Part shown: positions 36,725-48,152 of the stretch, piece by piece
How positions within the stretch are numbered: the first letter of the stretch is position 1
Layout of the letters: each line of letters begins with the position of its first letter
Assembly (NCBI GenBank): GCA_947469485.1
Contig: CANIPU010000003.1
Span: forward strand, 132,870 to 196,869
Reading direction: 5' to 3'
Length of the DNA stretch: 64,000 bases
DNA from: Chitinophagaceae bacterium
GTDB lineage: Bacteria; Bacteroidota; Bacteroidia; Chitinophagales; UBA10324
Position numbers and translations under genes: made by a program
Notes under the pieces: generated by a model
Told to the model about the DNA's origin: nothing
Seen by the model: only the letters and a program-made list of their open reading frames with translations
Database searches by the model: none

Positions 36725-37405
36725 TTAGTTCCTGCGATTCAGAAAACTCAGATAGTAAAGCAATGTTGCAATTGAAGCCAAAGCTGCAATTACATAAGTA
36801 GAAGCTGCCCATTTCAATCCGTTTCTTGCCTTATCGTGCGCTTCTCTGCTCATGATATTTGTTGTATCAAGCCATATTAAAGCACGGCGACTTGCATCGA
36901 ACTCAACAGGTAAGGTGATGATGCTGAAAATGGTGGTCATGCCAAACATGATAACTCCTACAACTAACAACATCGGGAATGCATTAATCATTAATACCCC
37001 GGCAAACAAAATCCACTGAACCCACTGAGAAGAAAAACTTACAATTGGCACCAAAGTGCTTCGCAAGCCTAACCATACATAAGCCTGAGCATGCTGAACA
37101 GCGTGGCCACATTCATGTGCCGCAATTGCAGCAGCAGCAACACTTCTGCCATTATATACATCAGGAGATAGATTGACTGTTTTGTTCTGCGGATTGTAAT
37201 GATCGGTTAAATGCCCTTCAACGCAGGTAATTGTAACATCGTCAATTCCGCTATCACGCAACATTTTTGCAGCTATTTCTCTTCCGCTAAGCCCACTCTC
37301 TATTGGTATCTGAGAATATTCAGCCATTCTGCGCTTGAGCAAACCGCCGACAATTAATCCGATAACTAAAAAAACGAGAGAAAGTAAAATAATTGAACCT
37401 GACAT
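36725..37405 (-). CDS. Zinc metallopeptidase (putative neutral zinc metallopeptidase family, membrane-associated)
   Basis: HECGHAVQH (HExxH) with flanking TM helices. 226 aa. Confidence 0.85.
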   Translation of the reverse strand: MSGSIILLSLVFLVIGLIVGGLLKRRMAEYSQIPIESGLSGREIAAKMLRDSGIDDVTITCVEGHLTDHYNPQNKTVNLSPDVYNGRSVAAAAIAAHECGHAVQHAQAYVWLGLRSTLVPIVSFSSQWVQWILFAGVLMINAFPMLLVVGVIMFGMTTIFSIITLPVEFDASRRALIWLDTTNIMSREAHDKARNGLKWAASTYVIAALASIATLLYYLSFLNRRN

Positions 37406-37484
37406 GCTTTTAAAATTGTTTTTTGTTTAATAACACAAATGTAATGCCTTTGTTTAATGACGAGCAAAACCTGACTTTATTGCA

Positions 37485-38588
37485 CTACAATTTTTTGTCT
37501 TTGTAATAAAAACTATAAGAGTTAAATCCGGTTTTCACCTGTAGCACATCATAATCCAAACGAATACCCTCATACGATTGTGCGGGCAACTCAATCATTT
37601 TTCCGAATGAATAAAAACGAATTTCATTAGACTTGGTGAAGTAATAAATGGAATTTTCTCCCAATTCTATTTTCGATGGAATAAAATTTTCAAGTCGGCT
37701 AATTTGCCCCTGATAAAAAACAGAAATGCCTCCGGTGCCATCTTCAAAAACAATTAAATTGTCTTTTACCCGAAGCGTTTGCGGATTCATGACTCCTGTT
37801 TCAATTATTTTTCCTTCATAGAATATTTTTAATTCACCGGTTGCATCAGTATAAGCGGCCATATCATTTCCCACCAGAGCGGAAGACATTTTTTTCTTTC
37901 CATCACCAGCAGGAACCTGACCAAGATCAAAAGTTTCTCCTTTATAAAATGCTTTTAAGTCGTTGTAATAATCTCTGTAAATAACAATATTTCTTCCGGC
38001 GCCTATCATTTGCGGCGCCTGGCTTTCCTGCTCGAAAATATCGCCATCATAAAAAATATTGAACTGATCATACTGAGTAACCCATGCAAAAACATTGCTT
38101 CCTGCAGCGCTCATTGTTACGGGATTTCCTAAGCTATTTTCTTCAAGACGAACAATTTTTCCCTTCCAGTAAAGATTGTATACATATTGGCGGTCATCAA
38201 AATATCCGACTACGCTATCACTATACGCAAAGCTGGTATTGTAGTCTGCAAGCTTGGTAATTTTTCCATTATCGAACACACAAAGTGTTGCCTGGTTTTT
38301 AAAAACCACAATGTTATTTGTTACATAAAAATCAGTAGTGTACCCTTCGTTTATCTGCTGTGTTTTTCCGTTATAATAAACTTTGAAGTTTTTTGTGTTG
38401 TCAATGAAAGGAATACAGGTTCTTCCAACTAAATAATATTTGGGTTCCAGATAATCGGCTTGCTGAATCAGAAAATTATCGAAGACAAAAAATCGCCCAT
38501 CCTGATTTACATAAGCGGAAAGAGGCTGAGTCTTTCCGACATTAAAAAACAACAATAAAAGAATTACTGAAAGACTTGCCTTTTTCAT
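37485..38588 (-). CDS. Secreted repeat protein (possible beta-propeller), function unknown
   Basis: Signal peptide MKKASLSVILLLLFFNVGKTQ. A motif recurs roughly every 40-50 aa: FKVYYNGK, YNLYWKGKI, FNIFYDGDI, LKAFYKGET, LKIFYEGKI, ISVFYQGQI. Confidence 0.5.
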   Translation of the reverse strand: MKKASLSVILLLLFFNVGKTQPLSAYVNQDGRFFVFDNFLIQQADYLEPKYYLVGRTCIPFIDNTKNFKVYYNGKTQQINEGYTTDFYVTNNIVVFKNQATLCVFDNGKITKLADYNTSFAYSDSVVGYFDDRQYVYNLYWKGKIVRLEENSLGNPVTMSAAGSNVFAWVTQYDQFNIFYDGDIFEQESQAPQMIGAGRNIVIYRDYYNDLKAFYKGETFDLGQVPAGDGKKKMSSALVGNDMAAYTDATGELKIFYEGKIIETGVMNPQTLRVKDNLIVFEDGTGGISVFYQGQISRLENFIPSKIELGENSIYYFTKSNEIRFYSFGKMIELPAQSYEGIRLDYDVLQVKTGFNSYSFYYKDKKL

Positions 38589-38700
38589 CGTGGTAAAACT
38601 AAACATTCAACTTATTACTTTAAGAATGATAAATTCAATGAAGCATTTTTGAGGGAAAGGATGCTGAAATATTTTTATGTTCGCTCTCTGAAGAAGTAAA

Positions 38701-39492
38701 ATGATAAAGCAATTTTTTTTCGGTACCAGTGATTCTCCTTTATACATGTTTCACCATGCCCTTGGCAGTGTGCTGATTTTAATTATTTCCTTTTTATTAA
38801 TTGCAGTTATTATTAATTGGTTTTTTAATAGAAAAAAAATAAAAACAGAATATTCAACCCAAAAAAATGTTCATCAGGATAAACCAGTTGAAAATTCAGA
38901 AATACTTATTCAAGAAAAGCCAGTTGAGAAAACCCAGGAATTAATTACAGATCTTAAAGAAGAAAAATTGGTTCCTTCATTGGAAATAGATTCTGTTGTA
39001 TCTCTTGTTACTGAAACAAAGCAAGCAGAAATCGAAGAAAATTTTGATATCACTGTTTTTGAAGAATCAGCTTGTAATTTAAAAGAACACCTTTTTCAGT
39101 TTACTGAAATATTGCTCAATAAAAAACTTTCAGAACAGGATTGGGATAAGCGAATCCCAGAATCGGGTTTGCTTGACCACCGTAGTTATCATCAATTGAT
39201 ATTTTTATTGATAAATCTGAATGAAGAGATTGTTCAAACTACTTCGCGTTTTAAATTGGTATTAGAAACTTCAATGGAAGTTGCAATCAATCATCAGATT
39301 TATTTCCGCAACTGGATGATGTCGAATGAAATGCTTGCATCCTTTAAATCAGAAAACGAAAACAGTTCAGGTAAAAAGGAAATTTTTATTGCTGCAAAAA
39401 TTGCGGAGAAAAAAAACTGGAAGTTGCAAGCCTCATCTTCTGAACAAGGAACCATGATAAATTTATTGATGAAACTTAGTTTGCCTGTATAA
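38701..39492 (+). CDS. Hypothetical membrane-anchored protein
   Basis: One N-terminal TM helix (LGSVLILIISFLLIAVIINWFF), then an acidic region. No family was recognised. Confidence 0.4.
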   Translation: MIKQFFFGTSDSPLYMFHHALGSVLILIISFLLIAVIINWFFNRKKIKTEYSTQKNVHQDKPVENSEILIQEKPVEKTQELITDLKEEKLVPSLEIDSVVSLVTETKQAEIEENFDITVFEESACNLKEHLFQFTEILLNKKLSEQDWDKRIPESGLLDHRSYHQLIFLLINLNEEIVQTTSRFKLVLETSMEVAINHQIYFRNWMMSNEMLASFKSENENSSGKKEIFIAAKIAEKKNWKLQASSSEQGTMINLLMKLSLPV

Positions 39493-39501
39493 TATTTTTA
39501 T

Positions 39502-40719
39502 ATGACATCAACCACCCACAAAATCCTGAATATTTCTGTTATCGTTGCGGCCCTTGGGTATTTCGTTGACATTTATGATCTCATATTATTTTCAATTGTT
39601 CGGGTTCCCAGCCTGACCAGCCTTGGTGTTCAGGAAAATCAAATCAGAGAAATTGGAATTCAATTGATAAATATTCAAATGATTGGTATGCTCTTGGGAG
39701 GAATTGTTTTTGGAATCCTGGGGGACAAAAAAGGAAGAATGTCTGCATTGTTTTTAACCATATTAATTTATTCAATTGCAAACATTGCCAATGGTTTTGT
39801 TCAAACGATAGATCAATATTATTGGTTGCGGTTTATTGCTGGATTTGGATTGGCCGGTGAATTGGGGCTAGGAATAACTTTGGTGTCTGAGGTAATGTCT
39901 AAAGAAAAAAGAGGAATGGGTGCAGCAATTGTTTCAGGAGTTGGAATTGCAGGAGCGGCTCTGGCATTTTTAGTTTCGCAATGGGGATGGCGCGAAGCTT
40001 ACTGGTTTGGAGGAGTTATCGGGCTAGCGCTTTTAGGTCTACGCATTTATTTGCATGAATCAGGCATGTATCAAAATATAAAGACACAAACGGTTAAACG
40101 CGGCGATTTTCTTGGAATATTCAAAGCAAAAAAAAGTTTTGTGAAATTTGTTCTTTGCATTTGTGTAGGGCTGCCTGTATGGTTTGTGATCGGAATTCTT
40201 ATAACTTTTTCAAAAGAATTTGGAGAGTATTTATCAATTAGCGAACCCATTAATCCCGGTAAGTCTGTAATGTTTCATTACATCGGGGCTTCAATAGGAA
40301 GTTTGCTGACTGGTTTGTTGAGTCAATGGCTTCATTCACGAAAAAAAGCGTTGAACATTGCATTAATTGCATTACTTACTTTTTGCATTGGTTATTTCAG
40401 TTGTTTTAATGTGAGTGCTGATGTTTTTTACTTTGTTGTTTTTGTGCTTGGAATTTCAATGGGTTATTGGGCAATATTTATTACCGTTGCCTCAGAACAA
40501 TTTGGCACCAATATCCGCTCAACCGTAACCACCACGGTTCCGAATTTTGTAAGAGGTTCTACAGTTATTATGACTCTGTGTTGGAATGCAATGGCTGTTT
40601 CATTAGGTATCTGGAGTTCTGCAATAATTGTTGGATCTGTCGTAATTTTGCTCGCTCTTATTTCTACCTACTTAATGGAAGAAACTTTTGGAAAAGATTT
40701 AGATTATGTTGAACAATAA
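39502..40719 (+). CDS. MFS transporter
   Basis: 12-TM pattern. GILGDKKGRM is the MFS loop 2-3 motif (GxxxDrxGRr-like). Confidence 0.85.
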   Translation: MTSTTHKILNISVIVAALGYFVDIYDLILFSIVRVPSLTSLGVQENQIREIGIQLINIQMIGMLLGGIVFGILGDKKGRMSALFLTILIYSIANIANGFVQTIDQYYWLRFIAGFGLAGELGLGITLVSEVMSKEKRGMGAAIVSGVGIAGAALAFLVSQWGWREAYWFGGVIGLALLGLRIYLHESGMYQNIKTQTVKRGDFLGIFKAKKSFVKFVLCICVGLPVWFVIGILITFSKEFGEYLSISEPINPGKSVMFHYIGASIGSLLTGLLSQWLHSRKKALNIALIALLTFCIGYFSCFNVSADVFYFVVFVLGISMGYWAIFITVASEQFGTNIRSTVTTTVPNFVRGSTVIMTLCWNAMAVSLGIWSSAIIVGSVVILLALISTYLMEETFGKDLDYVEQ

Positions 40720-40738
40720 AGTAATCAAAACAAACATC

Positions 40739-41857
40739 ATGAACATCAAATATTTTTTAGCAGTAGTTATTTCCATTCTTCAGTTTTCTGCAAAAGCTCA
40801 GTACAAGCCCGAAGATCTTGTTCGGCCACCAATTTTATCTGAAAGCATTATTTATGAAGACAACGACACAACCAAGCAGGCCATCTATTACAGATATTTC
40901 TTTGATAATGCTACCGAAACCGGCCCTATGCTTAACGGAAAACGCATAGGTGACTGGTTCTTTTTTGATCCTAAAGGAAATCTTATGTTCAGAGGGCATT
41001 ATAAAGAGGGATTAAAAACGGGTAAATGGGAGTATTTTAATTCCGATGGATTATTAAGATGCGAAATTTATTTTAAAGAAGGATTGGCGGATAGTACATG
41101 GACCGGGTATTCCTTATATAAATTTCCAATTTATATAGCAAAATATAAATATGGAGGTATAGTCGATACACTTAAAACTTACCATGAGGCCGGAGTTAAT
41201 TATTTAAAAATGTTTTACAAAAATGGTTCGCCTTATTCTGTTATCGGACAATGGGACCTATATGGAAATCCGCTAGAAAGCGGAAACTTTAAATACGGCA
41301 CCGGAACTTTAATGAAATATTATCCTTATGGACAACTGTTTTCTATAGAACAATATTCAGGTGGGAGTTTATCAGGAGAAGCGAAATACCTGAATACAAG
41401 TGGTGTTAAAAAGGCATATGGAGTAAATATCGACAATCAAAAAAAAGAAACCTGGACTTATTTGAATTACGATGGAGCAGAAGTGCCATTTGCAACTTAT
41501 GGAAAAACCACAGCTCCGTTTGATATGAATATGAGCTACGATTCTACCAATAAATCTATGTATTCACCCGCTCAATATCCAGGAGGAACTAAAATGTATC
41601 AGGATTATTTATCAAAAAATCTCATTTACCCTGAAAGTGCGCGTCAAATAAAAATCCAGGGAACTGTTTGGCTCAATTTTGAAGTAGATGAACTTGGTCA
41701 TATTTATGATGTAAAAGTCTACAGTCAAATTGGTGAAGGTTGCGATGAAGAGGCAGAATTTCTGATTAAAAATATGCCCAACTGGCGACCTGCCATGCAA
41801 ATGGGAATTCCGGTTAAGTCAAGAGTTTATTTGCCGGTTGAATTTAAAATGGAATAA
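40739..41857 (+). CDS. MORN-variant (YwqK-like) repeat protein with C-terminal TonB_C domain
   Basis: Signal peptide MNIKYFLAVVISILQFSAKAQ. Repeats are GDWFFFDPKGNLMFRGHYKEGLKTGKWEYFNSDG. The C-terminus YPESARQIKIQGTVWLNFEVDELGHIYDVKV is TonB C-terminal-like. Confidence 0.7.
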   Translation: MNIKYFLAVVISILQFSAKAQYKPEDLVRPPILSESIIYEDNDTTKQAIYYRYFFDNATETGPMLNGKRIGDWFFFDPKGNLMFRGHYKEGLKTGKWEYFNSDGLLRCEIYFKEGLADSTWTGYSLYKFPIYIAKYKYGGIVDTLKTYHEAGVNYLKMFYKNGSPYSVIGQWDLYGNPLESGNFKYGTGTLMKYYPYGQLFSIEQYSGGSLSGEAKYLNTSGVKKAYGVNIDNQKKETWTYLNYDGAEVPFATYGKTTAPFDMNMSYDSTNKSMYSPAQYPGGTKMYQDYLSKNLIYPESARQIKIQGTVWLNFEVDELGHIYDVKVYSQIGEGCDEEAEFLIKNMPNWRPAMQMGIPVKSRVYLPVEFKME

Positions 41858-41904
41858 ATAGAACCTTAAGTTAGTGAGTTATACTTTCTTTGCGGCCCCA
41901 AATT

Positions 41905-44757
41905 ATGAGCGAAGTATTAAATGAAGTTGATTTTGATGTGGAAGCGCTGAATGTATATGGCGCCCGCGTTCATAACCTTAAGAATATTGACATAAGTATT
42001 CCGCGAAATAAACTGGTGGTTATTACTGGAATTAGTGGCAGTGGAAAATCATCGCTTGCATTCGATACTATATATGCCGAAGGGCAGCGGCGCTACATGG
42101 AAAGTTTTTCGGCTTACGCGCGTCAGTTCATCGGCGATATGGAGCGACCCGATGTAGATAAAATTACAGGGCTCAGCCCGGTAATTTCAATAGAACAAAA
42201 AACCACGAGTAAAAATCCGCGCTCAACTGTTGGAACAGTTACTGAAGTTTATGATTTCCTGCGTTTATTATTTGCGCGTGCTTCTGAAGCATTTTCTTTT
42301 TCAAGCGGGGAAAAAATGCAGCGCTTCAGCGAAGAACAAATAATTGAACAGGTAAAAAAGAATTTTGCAGACCAAAAAATAATAATACTCGCACCATTGG
42401 TGCGTGGCCGCAAAGGGCACTACCGCGAACTTTTTGAGCAAGTACGCAAACAAGGTTATATAAAAGTTCGTGTGGATGGCGAGCTGCTTGATCTGAAAGA
42501 TAAAATGCAGGTCGACCGCTATAAGGTTCACGACATTGAATTAGTGATTGATAGAATCAACATGGACGATGAATCTGCCGAGCGATTAAAAAAATCAATT
42601 GAGCTTGCATTAAAGCTGGGGAAAGAATTAATCATGATTCTTGAACACGAAACCAATCGCGTTCATTTTTTCAGTTGCGCGTTCATGGACCCCACTACAG
42701 GAGTTAGCTATGAAGACCCTTCGCCAAATTCTTTTTCATTCAACTCACCCTACGGCGCTTGTCAGCAATGCAAGGGACTCGGATTTATTTACCAGGTAAA
42801 CTGGAAAGAAGTTATTCCCGACGAAACAAAAAGCATAAATCAGGGAGCCATAAAACCAATGGGAGAGGTGCGGGAAAATTTTATGTTCGACCAATTGCGG
42901 GCGCTGGCACAGAAGTATAAATTTTCTTTTTCCACCCCCGTAAATGAAATTCCAAAACAGGCACTCAATACTATTTTGTATGGATCCGAAGAAGAAAAGG
43001 TAGAGGTGAATCTGAACTTCGACGATGTGCAATCATGGAATTACAATACCGGGTTTGAAGGTGTGATAAACATGATCAAACGATTATTTCGAGATACCTC
43101 TTCGGATACATTACGAAAGTGGGCTGAGGAATTTATGGAAACAACTTCATGCCCTGATTGCAATGGCGCACGACTAAAAAAAGAAGCGCTCTTCTTTCGT
43201 ATAGATGAAAAAAACATTGCGCAGTTATCTGCAATGGATATTGGCGCACTTCGAAAATGGATGGATGGATTGGAAGACCGCATCAGCGAAAAACAAAAAA
43301 TTATTGCTCGCGATGTGCTGAAAGAAATTAGGGAGCGATTAACATTTTTATTGGATGTTGGATTGGATTATCTCTCACTCGACCGCCCGGCTCGAAGCAT
43401 GAGTGGCGGCGAATCTCAACGCATTCGTTTAGCCACACAAATTGGCTCACAACTCAGCGGGATTACTTACATTTTAGATGAACCAAGTATTGGCCTGCAT
43501 CAACGCGATAATGAAAGGCTTATTAACGCTTTAAAACATTTATCGCAACTAGATAATACAGTGATTGTTGTTGAACACGATAAGGACATTATGCTGGCAG
43601 CTGATCACATTATAGATATTGGTCCGCGTGCAGGTGTTCATGGCGGAAAAATTGTAGCACAAGGCTCAGTTAAAGAATTTTTAAAGCAAGGTTCGGAGAC
43701 AGCAGATTTTTTAAGCGGAAAAAAAACAATCGCAGCTCCGAAAGAAAGAAGAAAAGGAAACGGAAAATTTATTTCTCTTAACGGTGTTACCGGAAATAAT
43801 CTGAAAAATATTTCAGTAAAATTTCCATTGGGTAAATTAATTGGTGTGACAGGAGTTAGCGGAAGCGGCAAGAGCACGCTCATAAACGAAACCCTTTATC
43901 CGATTCTCAGCAATTACTCTTATCACTCGCACATGAAGCCACTGCCTTATGCAAAAGTGGAAGGACTGAAAGAGATTGATAAAGTAATTGAGATTGACCA
44001 GTCTCCAATCGGAAGAACACCACGGAGCAATCCTGCAACCTACATTTCTGTGTTCAGCGATATTCGTGATTTGTTTACGATGCTGCCCGAAGCAAAAATC
44101 CGAGGATACAAACCCGGACGATTTTCTTTCAATGTAAAAGGCGGAAGATGTGAAGTGTGCGAAGGCGCTGGAATGCGAACCATAGAAATGAATTTTTTAC
44201 CTGATGTATATGTGAAATGTGAAAAATGTTTAGGTAAGCGATACAACCGCGAAACACTTGAAGTTCGCTACAGGGGAAAATCAATCAGCGATATTTTAGA
44301 AATGACAGTTGATGAAGCTGTAGCATTTTTTGAAAACATGCCAAGGATACATCGCAAAATAAAAACCATGCAGGATGTTGGCCTCGGATATATTCACCTC
44401 GGGCAACAAGCAACAACATTAAGTGGAGGCGAAGCACAACGGGTAAAACTCAGCACCGAACTTTCGCGAAAAGACACCGGCAATACATTTTATATTTTAG
44501 ATGAACCAACCACAGGTCTGCATTTTGAAGATGTGCGTGTGTTGATGGATGTGTTGAATAAACTCACAGATAAAGGCAATACAGTTTTAGTGATTGAGCA
44601 TAACATGGATGTTATAAAATTGGCTGATCACATTATTGATCTCGGCCCCGAAGGCGGACATCGTGGTGGTACCATTATTTGCGAAGGTTCACCTGAAGAA
44701 GTTGCAAAAAATACTAAAAGCTTTACCGGAAAATTTTTAAAGAAAGAACTGGCTTAA
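41905..44757 (+). CDS. uvrA: Excinuclease ABC subunit UvrA
   Basis: [46 protein letters not shown]. There are two ABC modules ([32 protein letters not shown]) and zinc-finger cysteines. Confidence 0.97.
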   Translation: MSEVLNEVDFDVEALNVYGARVHNLKNIDISIPRNKLVVITGISGSGKSSLAFDTIYAEGQRRYMESFSAYARQFIGDMERPDVDKITGLSPVISIEQKTTSKNPRSTVGTVTEVYDFLRLLFARASEAFSFSSGEKMQRFSEEQIIEQVKKNFADQKIIILAPLVRGRKGHYRELFEQVRKQGYIKVRVDGELLDLKDKMQVDRYKVHDIELVIDRINMDDESAERLKKSIELALKLGKELIMILEHETNRVHFFSCAFMDPTTGVSYEDPSPNSFSFNSPYGACQQCKGLGFIYQVNWKEVIPDETKSINQGAIKPMGEVRENFMFDQLRALAQKYKFSFSTPVNEIPKQALNTILYGSEEEKVEVNLNFDDVQSWNYNTGFEGVINMIKRLFRDTSSDTLRKWAEEFMETTSCPDCNGARLKKEALFFRIDEKNIAQLSAMDIGALRKWMDGLEDRISEKQKIIARDVLKEIRERLTFLLDVGLDYLSLDRPARSMSGGESQRIRLATQIGSQLSGITYILDEPSIGLHQRDNERLINALKHLSQLDNTVIVVEHDKDIMLAADHIIDIGPRAGVHGGKIVAQGSVKEFLKQGSETADFLSGKKTIAAPKERRKGNGKFISLNGVTGNNLKNISVKFPLGKLIGVTGVSGSGKSTLINETLYPILSNYSYHSHMKPLPYAKVEGLKEIDKVIEIDQSPIGRTPRSNPATYISVFSDIRDLFTMLPEAKIRGYKPGRFSFNVKGGRCEVCEGAGMRTIEMNFLPDVYVKCEKCLGKRYNRETLEVRYRGKSISDILEMTVDEAVAFFENMPRIHRKIKTMQDVGLGYIHLGQQATTLSGGEAQRVKLSTELSRKDTGNTFYILDEPTTGLHFEDVRVLMDVLNKLTDKGNTVLVIEHNMDVIKLADHIIDLGPEGGHRGGTIICEGSPEEVAKNTKSFTGKFLKKELA

Positions 44758-44778
44758 ATAATTCTTATTCCATAGTTT

Positions 44779-45927
44779 TTATTTATTCCCAAACACATCA
44801 AAATTTCCTTTCGTTTTATTCAATTCAGTTTTCAGAAAAGTTGAGTCAGAATATTGATTCAGGTAAGTATCTGATCTTAATAATTCAAGATATAGTTTCA
44901 GAAAAGATTTTTCGCTTCCATGAACAGCATCTACCATTTCGAATGTGTTGCTTCCATAATTTTCAGGATTTGAAAAATCATATACATGAAACCCATAATC
45001 TCTAAAAATTGGAAACAACTGATTGTATAGATTAAAGAAATGAGGAAAATGAGCAGGTTGTTTTTTAAGCTCACTCCAAACAAGAACATCTATTGGAGGT
45101 AAAAATCCGGTTATTGCTATCTTATGTTTTTTACAAAATCGCAATAAAATTCGAAGTTCGTTTAAAGAATTTTTATCAATAGAGTTTGTCCATTGAAAAA
45201 TTCCTGAATTACTTTTTGCACTATCAATAGCACTTGCAATTCTGCTTTTAATGGTAGTTCCCTCTGAAATAATATTTCCATAAGCACGACTGCCATCTTT
45301 TCTATATCCAAATCCACTCATTCTGGCGCTAATTCCAAAGTATTCAACATCAGAATAATTATTAGCCCATATTTTTTTCAGTTCAATTTTTCCATGCCAC
45401 AAATCAGAATAAAATTTTTGCCAATATTCAATTCCGCTCCAATTATCAATCCATGAATACTTATTATAAATTAAATCATTCTTTATTTTAATCATAGAAT
45501 CGTACTGAGCGTTAAACCACCATTGATCTAAACCAAGAATGATTGACTGAGGCAAACTCTCTTCAGGCAGAGATTCAAGAAAAACACGAAGTTGTTCTAA
45601 TCGCTTAAAAACTCCACCGGTAGTATAAAATGAAATGGAGTCTTTAAAAAACGCGGAGCGAAACTGAAGTACTCTTGATGATCCAAGAGCAATAATTTTT
45701 GGCGAACTTATTTCCATAGCTACCAATCTGAAATTATTTGGCAGGTTAGAATAAGCAGCTCCATATATAAAATTCCTTCGTTCAATTGATTGAGCTGTAA
45801 TTGTTTTTTTGAACCAGAAAATTTCTCCGCTTTTATAAAACACTAAAACAGTAAAAACAGATATAAGAACATATGGAAAAATAAACCATACAAGTCTCGG
45901 AGTAAATTTTTTGAGTTCTTTATTCAT
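44779..45927 (-). CDS. Putative MBOAT partner protein (DltD/AlgX/AlgJ-like, N-terminal membrane anchor)
   Basis: It has one N-terminal TM helix. Its ATG shares one base with the MBOAT stop (TGATG at 45925-29). The family assignment rests mainly on context and is weak. Confidence 0.45.
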   Translation of the reverse strand: MNKELKKFTPRLVWFIFPYVLISVFTVLVFYKSGEIFWFKKTITAQSIERRNFIYGAAYSNLPNNFRLVAMEISSPKIIALGSSRVLQFRSAFFKDSISFYTTGGVFKRLEQLRVFLESLPEESLPQSIILGLDQWWFNAQYDSMIKIKNDLIYNKYSWIDNWSGIEYWQKFYSDLWHGKIELKKIWANNYSDVEYFGISARMSGFGYRKDGSRAYGNIISEGTTIKSRIASAIDSAKSNSGIFQWTNSIDKNSLNELRILLRFCKKHKIAITGFLPPIDVLVWSELKKQPAHFPHFFNLYNQLFPIFRDYGFHVYDFSNPENYGSNTFEMVDAVHGSEKSFLKLYLELLRSDTYLNQYSDSTFLKTELNKTKGNFDVFGNK

Positions 45928-47351
45928 CAGAATTGAAAGTAGATAAATGATGAATTATTAAAAACCCCAAATGCCAGAATGGAAATAATCAGCAGATGAT
46001 AAGCAGTGATCCGAATCCAGCGCGGATGACTCATCAGTAAACTGAAAAACTCCTTTTCTTTCATTAACGATTGAACAATTTCCAGAATAATTATTCCTGA
46101 AAAACAATAGTATAAAATTCCTGGAGCCGGAAGATTTGTTGAATGAAAACTAAAATGCAGCGCTGAAGAAATTAAAGTGAACGCATCGCTGACCGTATTT
46201 GCACGAAAAAAAATCCATGCAAAGCACACCAGAAAAAAAGTGAAAAGCTGTCTTGGAATTTTATAATAAAAATTGCTAGTGGAATTTTCAGTTGAACTTT
46301 TATCTGTTGCAATTCCGAAAAACCGTTCGGCAATTACATACAGAGCATGCAAACTTCCCCAAACAATAAAAGTCCAGTTTGCACCATGCCATAATCCGCT
46401 TATCACAAAAACAATGGCGAGATTTAAATATATTTTTTTAACAGCCACTCTGCTTCCTCCAAGCGGAATAAATAAATAATCTTTGAACCACGACGATAGC
46501 GAAATATGCCATCGCCGCCAGAACTCTGTTACACTTTGTGATGAATACGGATTGTCGAAATTTTTCATAAGCCGGAATCCCATCACGCGTGCAGCTCCAA
46601 TAGCAATGTCACTGTATCCACTGAAGTCGCAATAAATCTGATAGGCAAAAAATATTGTAGCAAGTATGACAGGCGCTCCTTCATATTTTCCAGGGTGATT
46701 GTAAACTTCATTTACATAAATAGCAAGGCGATCGGCAATCACCAGCTTCTTAAAAAACCCCCACGCCATTTGCTTCAGTCCTTCGGTTACATTCTGATAA
46801 TTAAAATCATGCGCTTCATAAAACTGGTGAATCAAATTTTGAGGACGCTCTATAGGACCCGCTACTAACTGAGGATAAAACATCACATACAATGAATAAA
46901 TAACGAAGTTTTTTTCTGCCTTCTGATTGCCACGATATACTTCAATCACATAAGCCATGCTTTGAAAAGTGTGAAACGAAAGTCCGATTGGCAGAATGAT
47001 ATTATATACATATGCCGGTACCTGATAACTAAAAAGCTGCGCAACTGAAGAAAAAGTATCGTTGAAAAAATTGAAATACTTAAACACAAACAAAATAAGC
47101 GCGGTAGAAACAATACTTACTACAAGCAATAGTTTTCTTTTCGAACCGGTTTGCCGTTCCATTAAAATTGCCGCAACATAATCCACCAGAATGGTGAGCG
47201 CCAGAATAAAAATATAAACCGGAATAAATGCCATATAAAAAAAGCAACTGGCAGCTAATAACCATAGCCAGCGAAAACGAAAAGGCAACAGAAAATAAGC
47301 TATGGTTACAATTGGAAAAAATAATAAAAACGAAAACGAATTAAAAAGCAT
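45927..47351 (-). CDS. MBOAT-family O-acyltransferase (AlgI/DltB-like)
   Basis: Multi-TM. WRRWHISLSSWFKDYLFIPLGG and ISGLWHGANW contain the conserved MBOAT histidine. Confidence 0.9.
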   Translation of the reverse strand: MLFNSFSFLLFFPIVTIAYFLLPFRFRWLWLLAASCFFYMAFIPVYIFILALTILVDYVAAILMERQTGSKRKLLLVVSIVSTALILFVFKYFNFFNDTFSSVAQLFSYQVPAYVYNIILPIGLSFHTFQSMAYVIEVYRGNQKAEKNFVIYSLYVMFYPQLVAGPIERPQNLIHQFYEAHDFNYQNVTEGLKQMAWGFFKKLVIADRLAIYVNEVYNHPGKYEGAPVILATIFFAYQIYCDFSGYSDIAIGAARVMGFRLMKNFDNPYSSQSVTEFWRRWHISLSSWFKDYLFIPLGGSRVAVKKIYLNLAIVFVISGLWHGANWTFIVWGSLHALYVIAERFFGIATDKSSTENSTSNFYYKIPRQLFTFFLVCFAWIFFRANTVSDAFTLISSALHFSFHSTNLPAPGILYYCFSGIIILEIVQSLMKEKEFFSLLMSHPRWIRITAYHLLIISILAFGVFNNSSFIYFQF

Positions 47352-47411
47352 TCAATGTGTTTCGGGATAAAAATAACAAGAATATAAAAGCAGAAGCTTT
47401 ACAAAAACCTA

Positions 47412-48152
47412 TCACTTACTCAGTACAAAACAATAAGTATAATAACCTGCTAGTTCGGGCTTACGATTAAGGGTTAAATTGTCTATAAAAGAAACTATAG
47501 GCAATAAAAATTTCCAGGCTGGTAATTTGTTCCAAAGCGACATACCCCTGGCAGGTACACGCATAACAGGAAAAGCTGAAATGGTTTTTAACTCAGCTTT
47601 TTCTATTAAAGAAAGATAATGTTTGGGTGAACGGAACATGTGTTTTGCTGACTCAGCAGATTCGTTTTTTATTTGTTCAAACAAAAAAATTTTTCCATTT
47701 GACTTAATAACTCGTTTTAATTCAAACAACCATTGTAGCGAATCCTCATCATTTATATGTTGAAATACCCAATGAGAAAAAGCTTTGTCGAAATAATCAT
47801 CCTTCGATTCTACCGTTATTTTCGTTAGTGTTTGGTACCGAACTTTATTATTTAAGCTGAATTTTTCTTTTGCAATCGTAATCATCACTGAATTTGTATC
47901 AACGCCAACAACCTCAAAGGATTTTTCAGCAATTAATTTTGAAACACGACCAACCCCACAGCCGAAATCGAGAATTATTTCGTTTGATTTTAATTGAAGG
48001 TTTTGTAAAATATAGTTAGCAGTAAAATAATTCCTGTAAATATTTGAATGCTCCTGCCCCTCAGTAACATCAAGCACCGCATTTTCATTCGGATGTAAAA
48101 TTGCGGCTTTACTGAAAAAATCATTAACTTGGTCTTTGTCTAATTCACTCAT
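47412..48152 (-). CDS. Class I SAM-dependent methyltransferase
   Basis: ILDFGCGVGRV (motif I). Start set at MSELDK, which forms an ATGA overlap with the upstream stop (48149-48152). Confidence 0.8.
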   Translation of the reverse strand: MSELDKDQVNDFFSKAAILHPNENAVLDVTEGQEHSNIYRNYFTANYILQNLQLKSNEIILDFGCGVGRVSKLIAEKSFEVVGVDTNSVMITIAKEKFSLNNKVRYQTLTKITVESKDDYFDKAFSHWVFQHINDEDSLQWLFELKRVIKSNGKIFLFEQIKNESAESAKHMFRSPKHYLSLIEKAELKTISAFPVMRVPARGMSLWNKLPAWKFLLPIVSFIDNLTLNRKPELAGYYTYCFVLSK

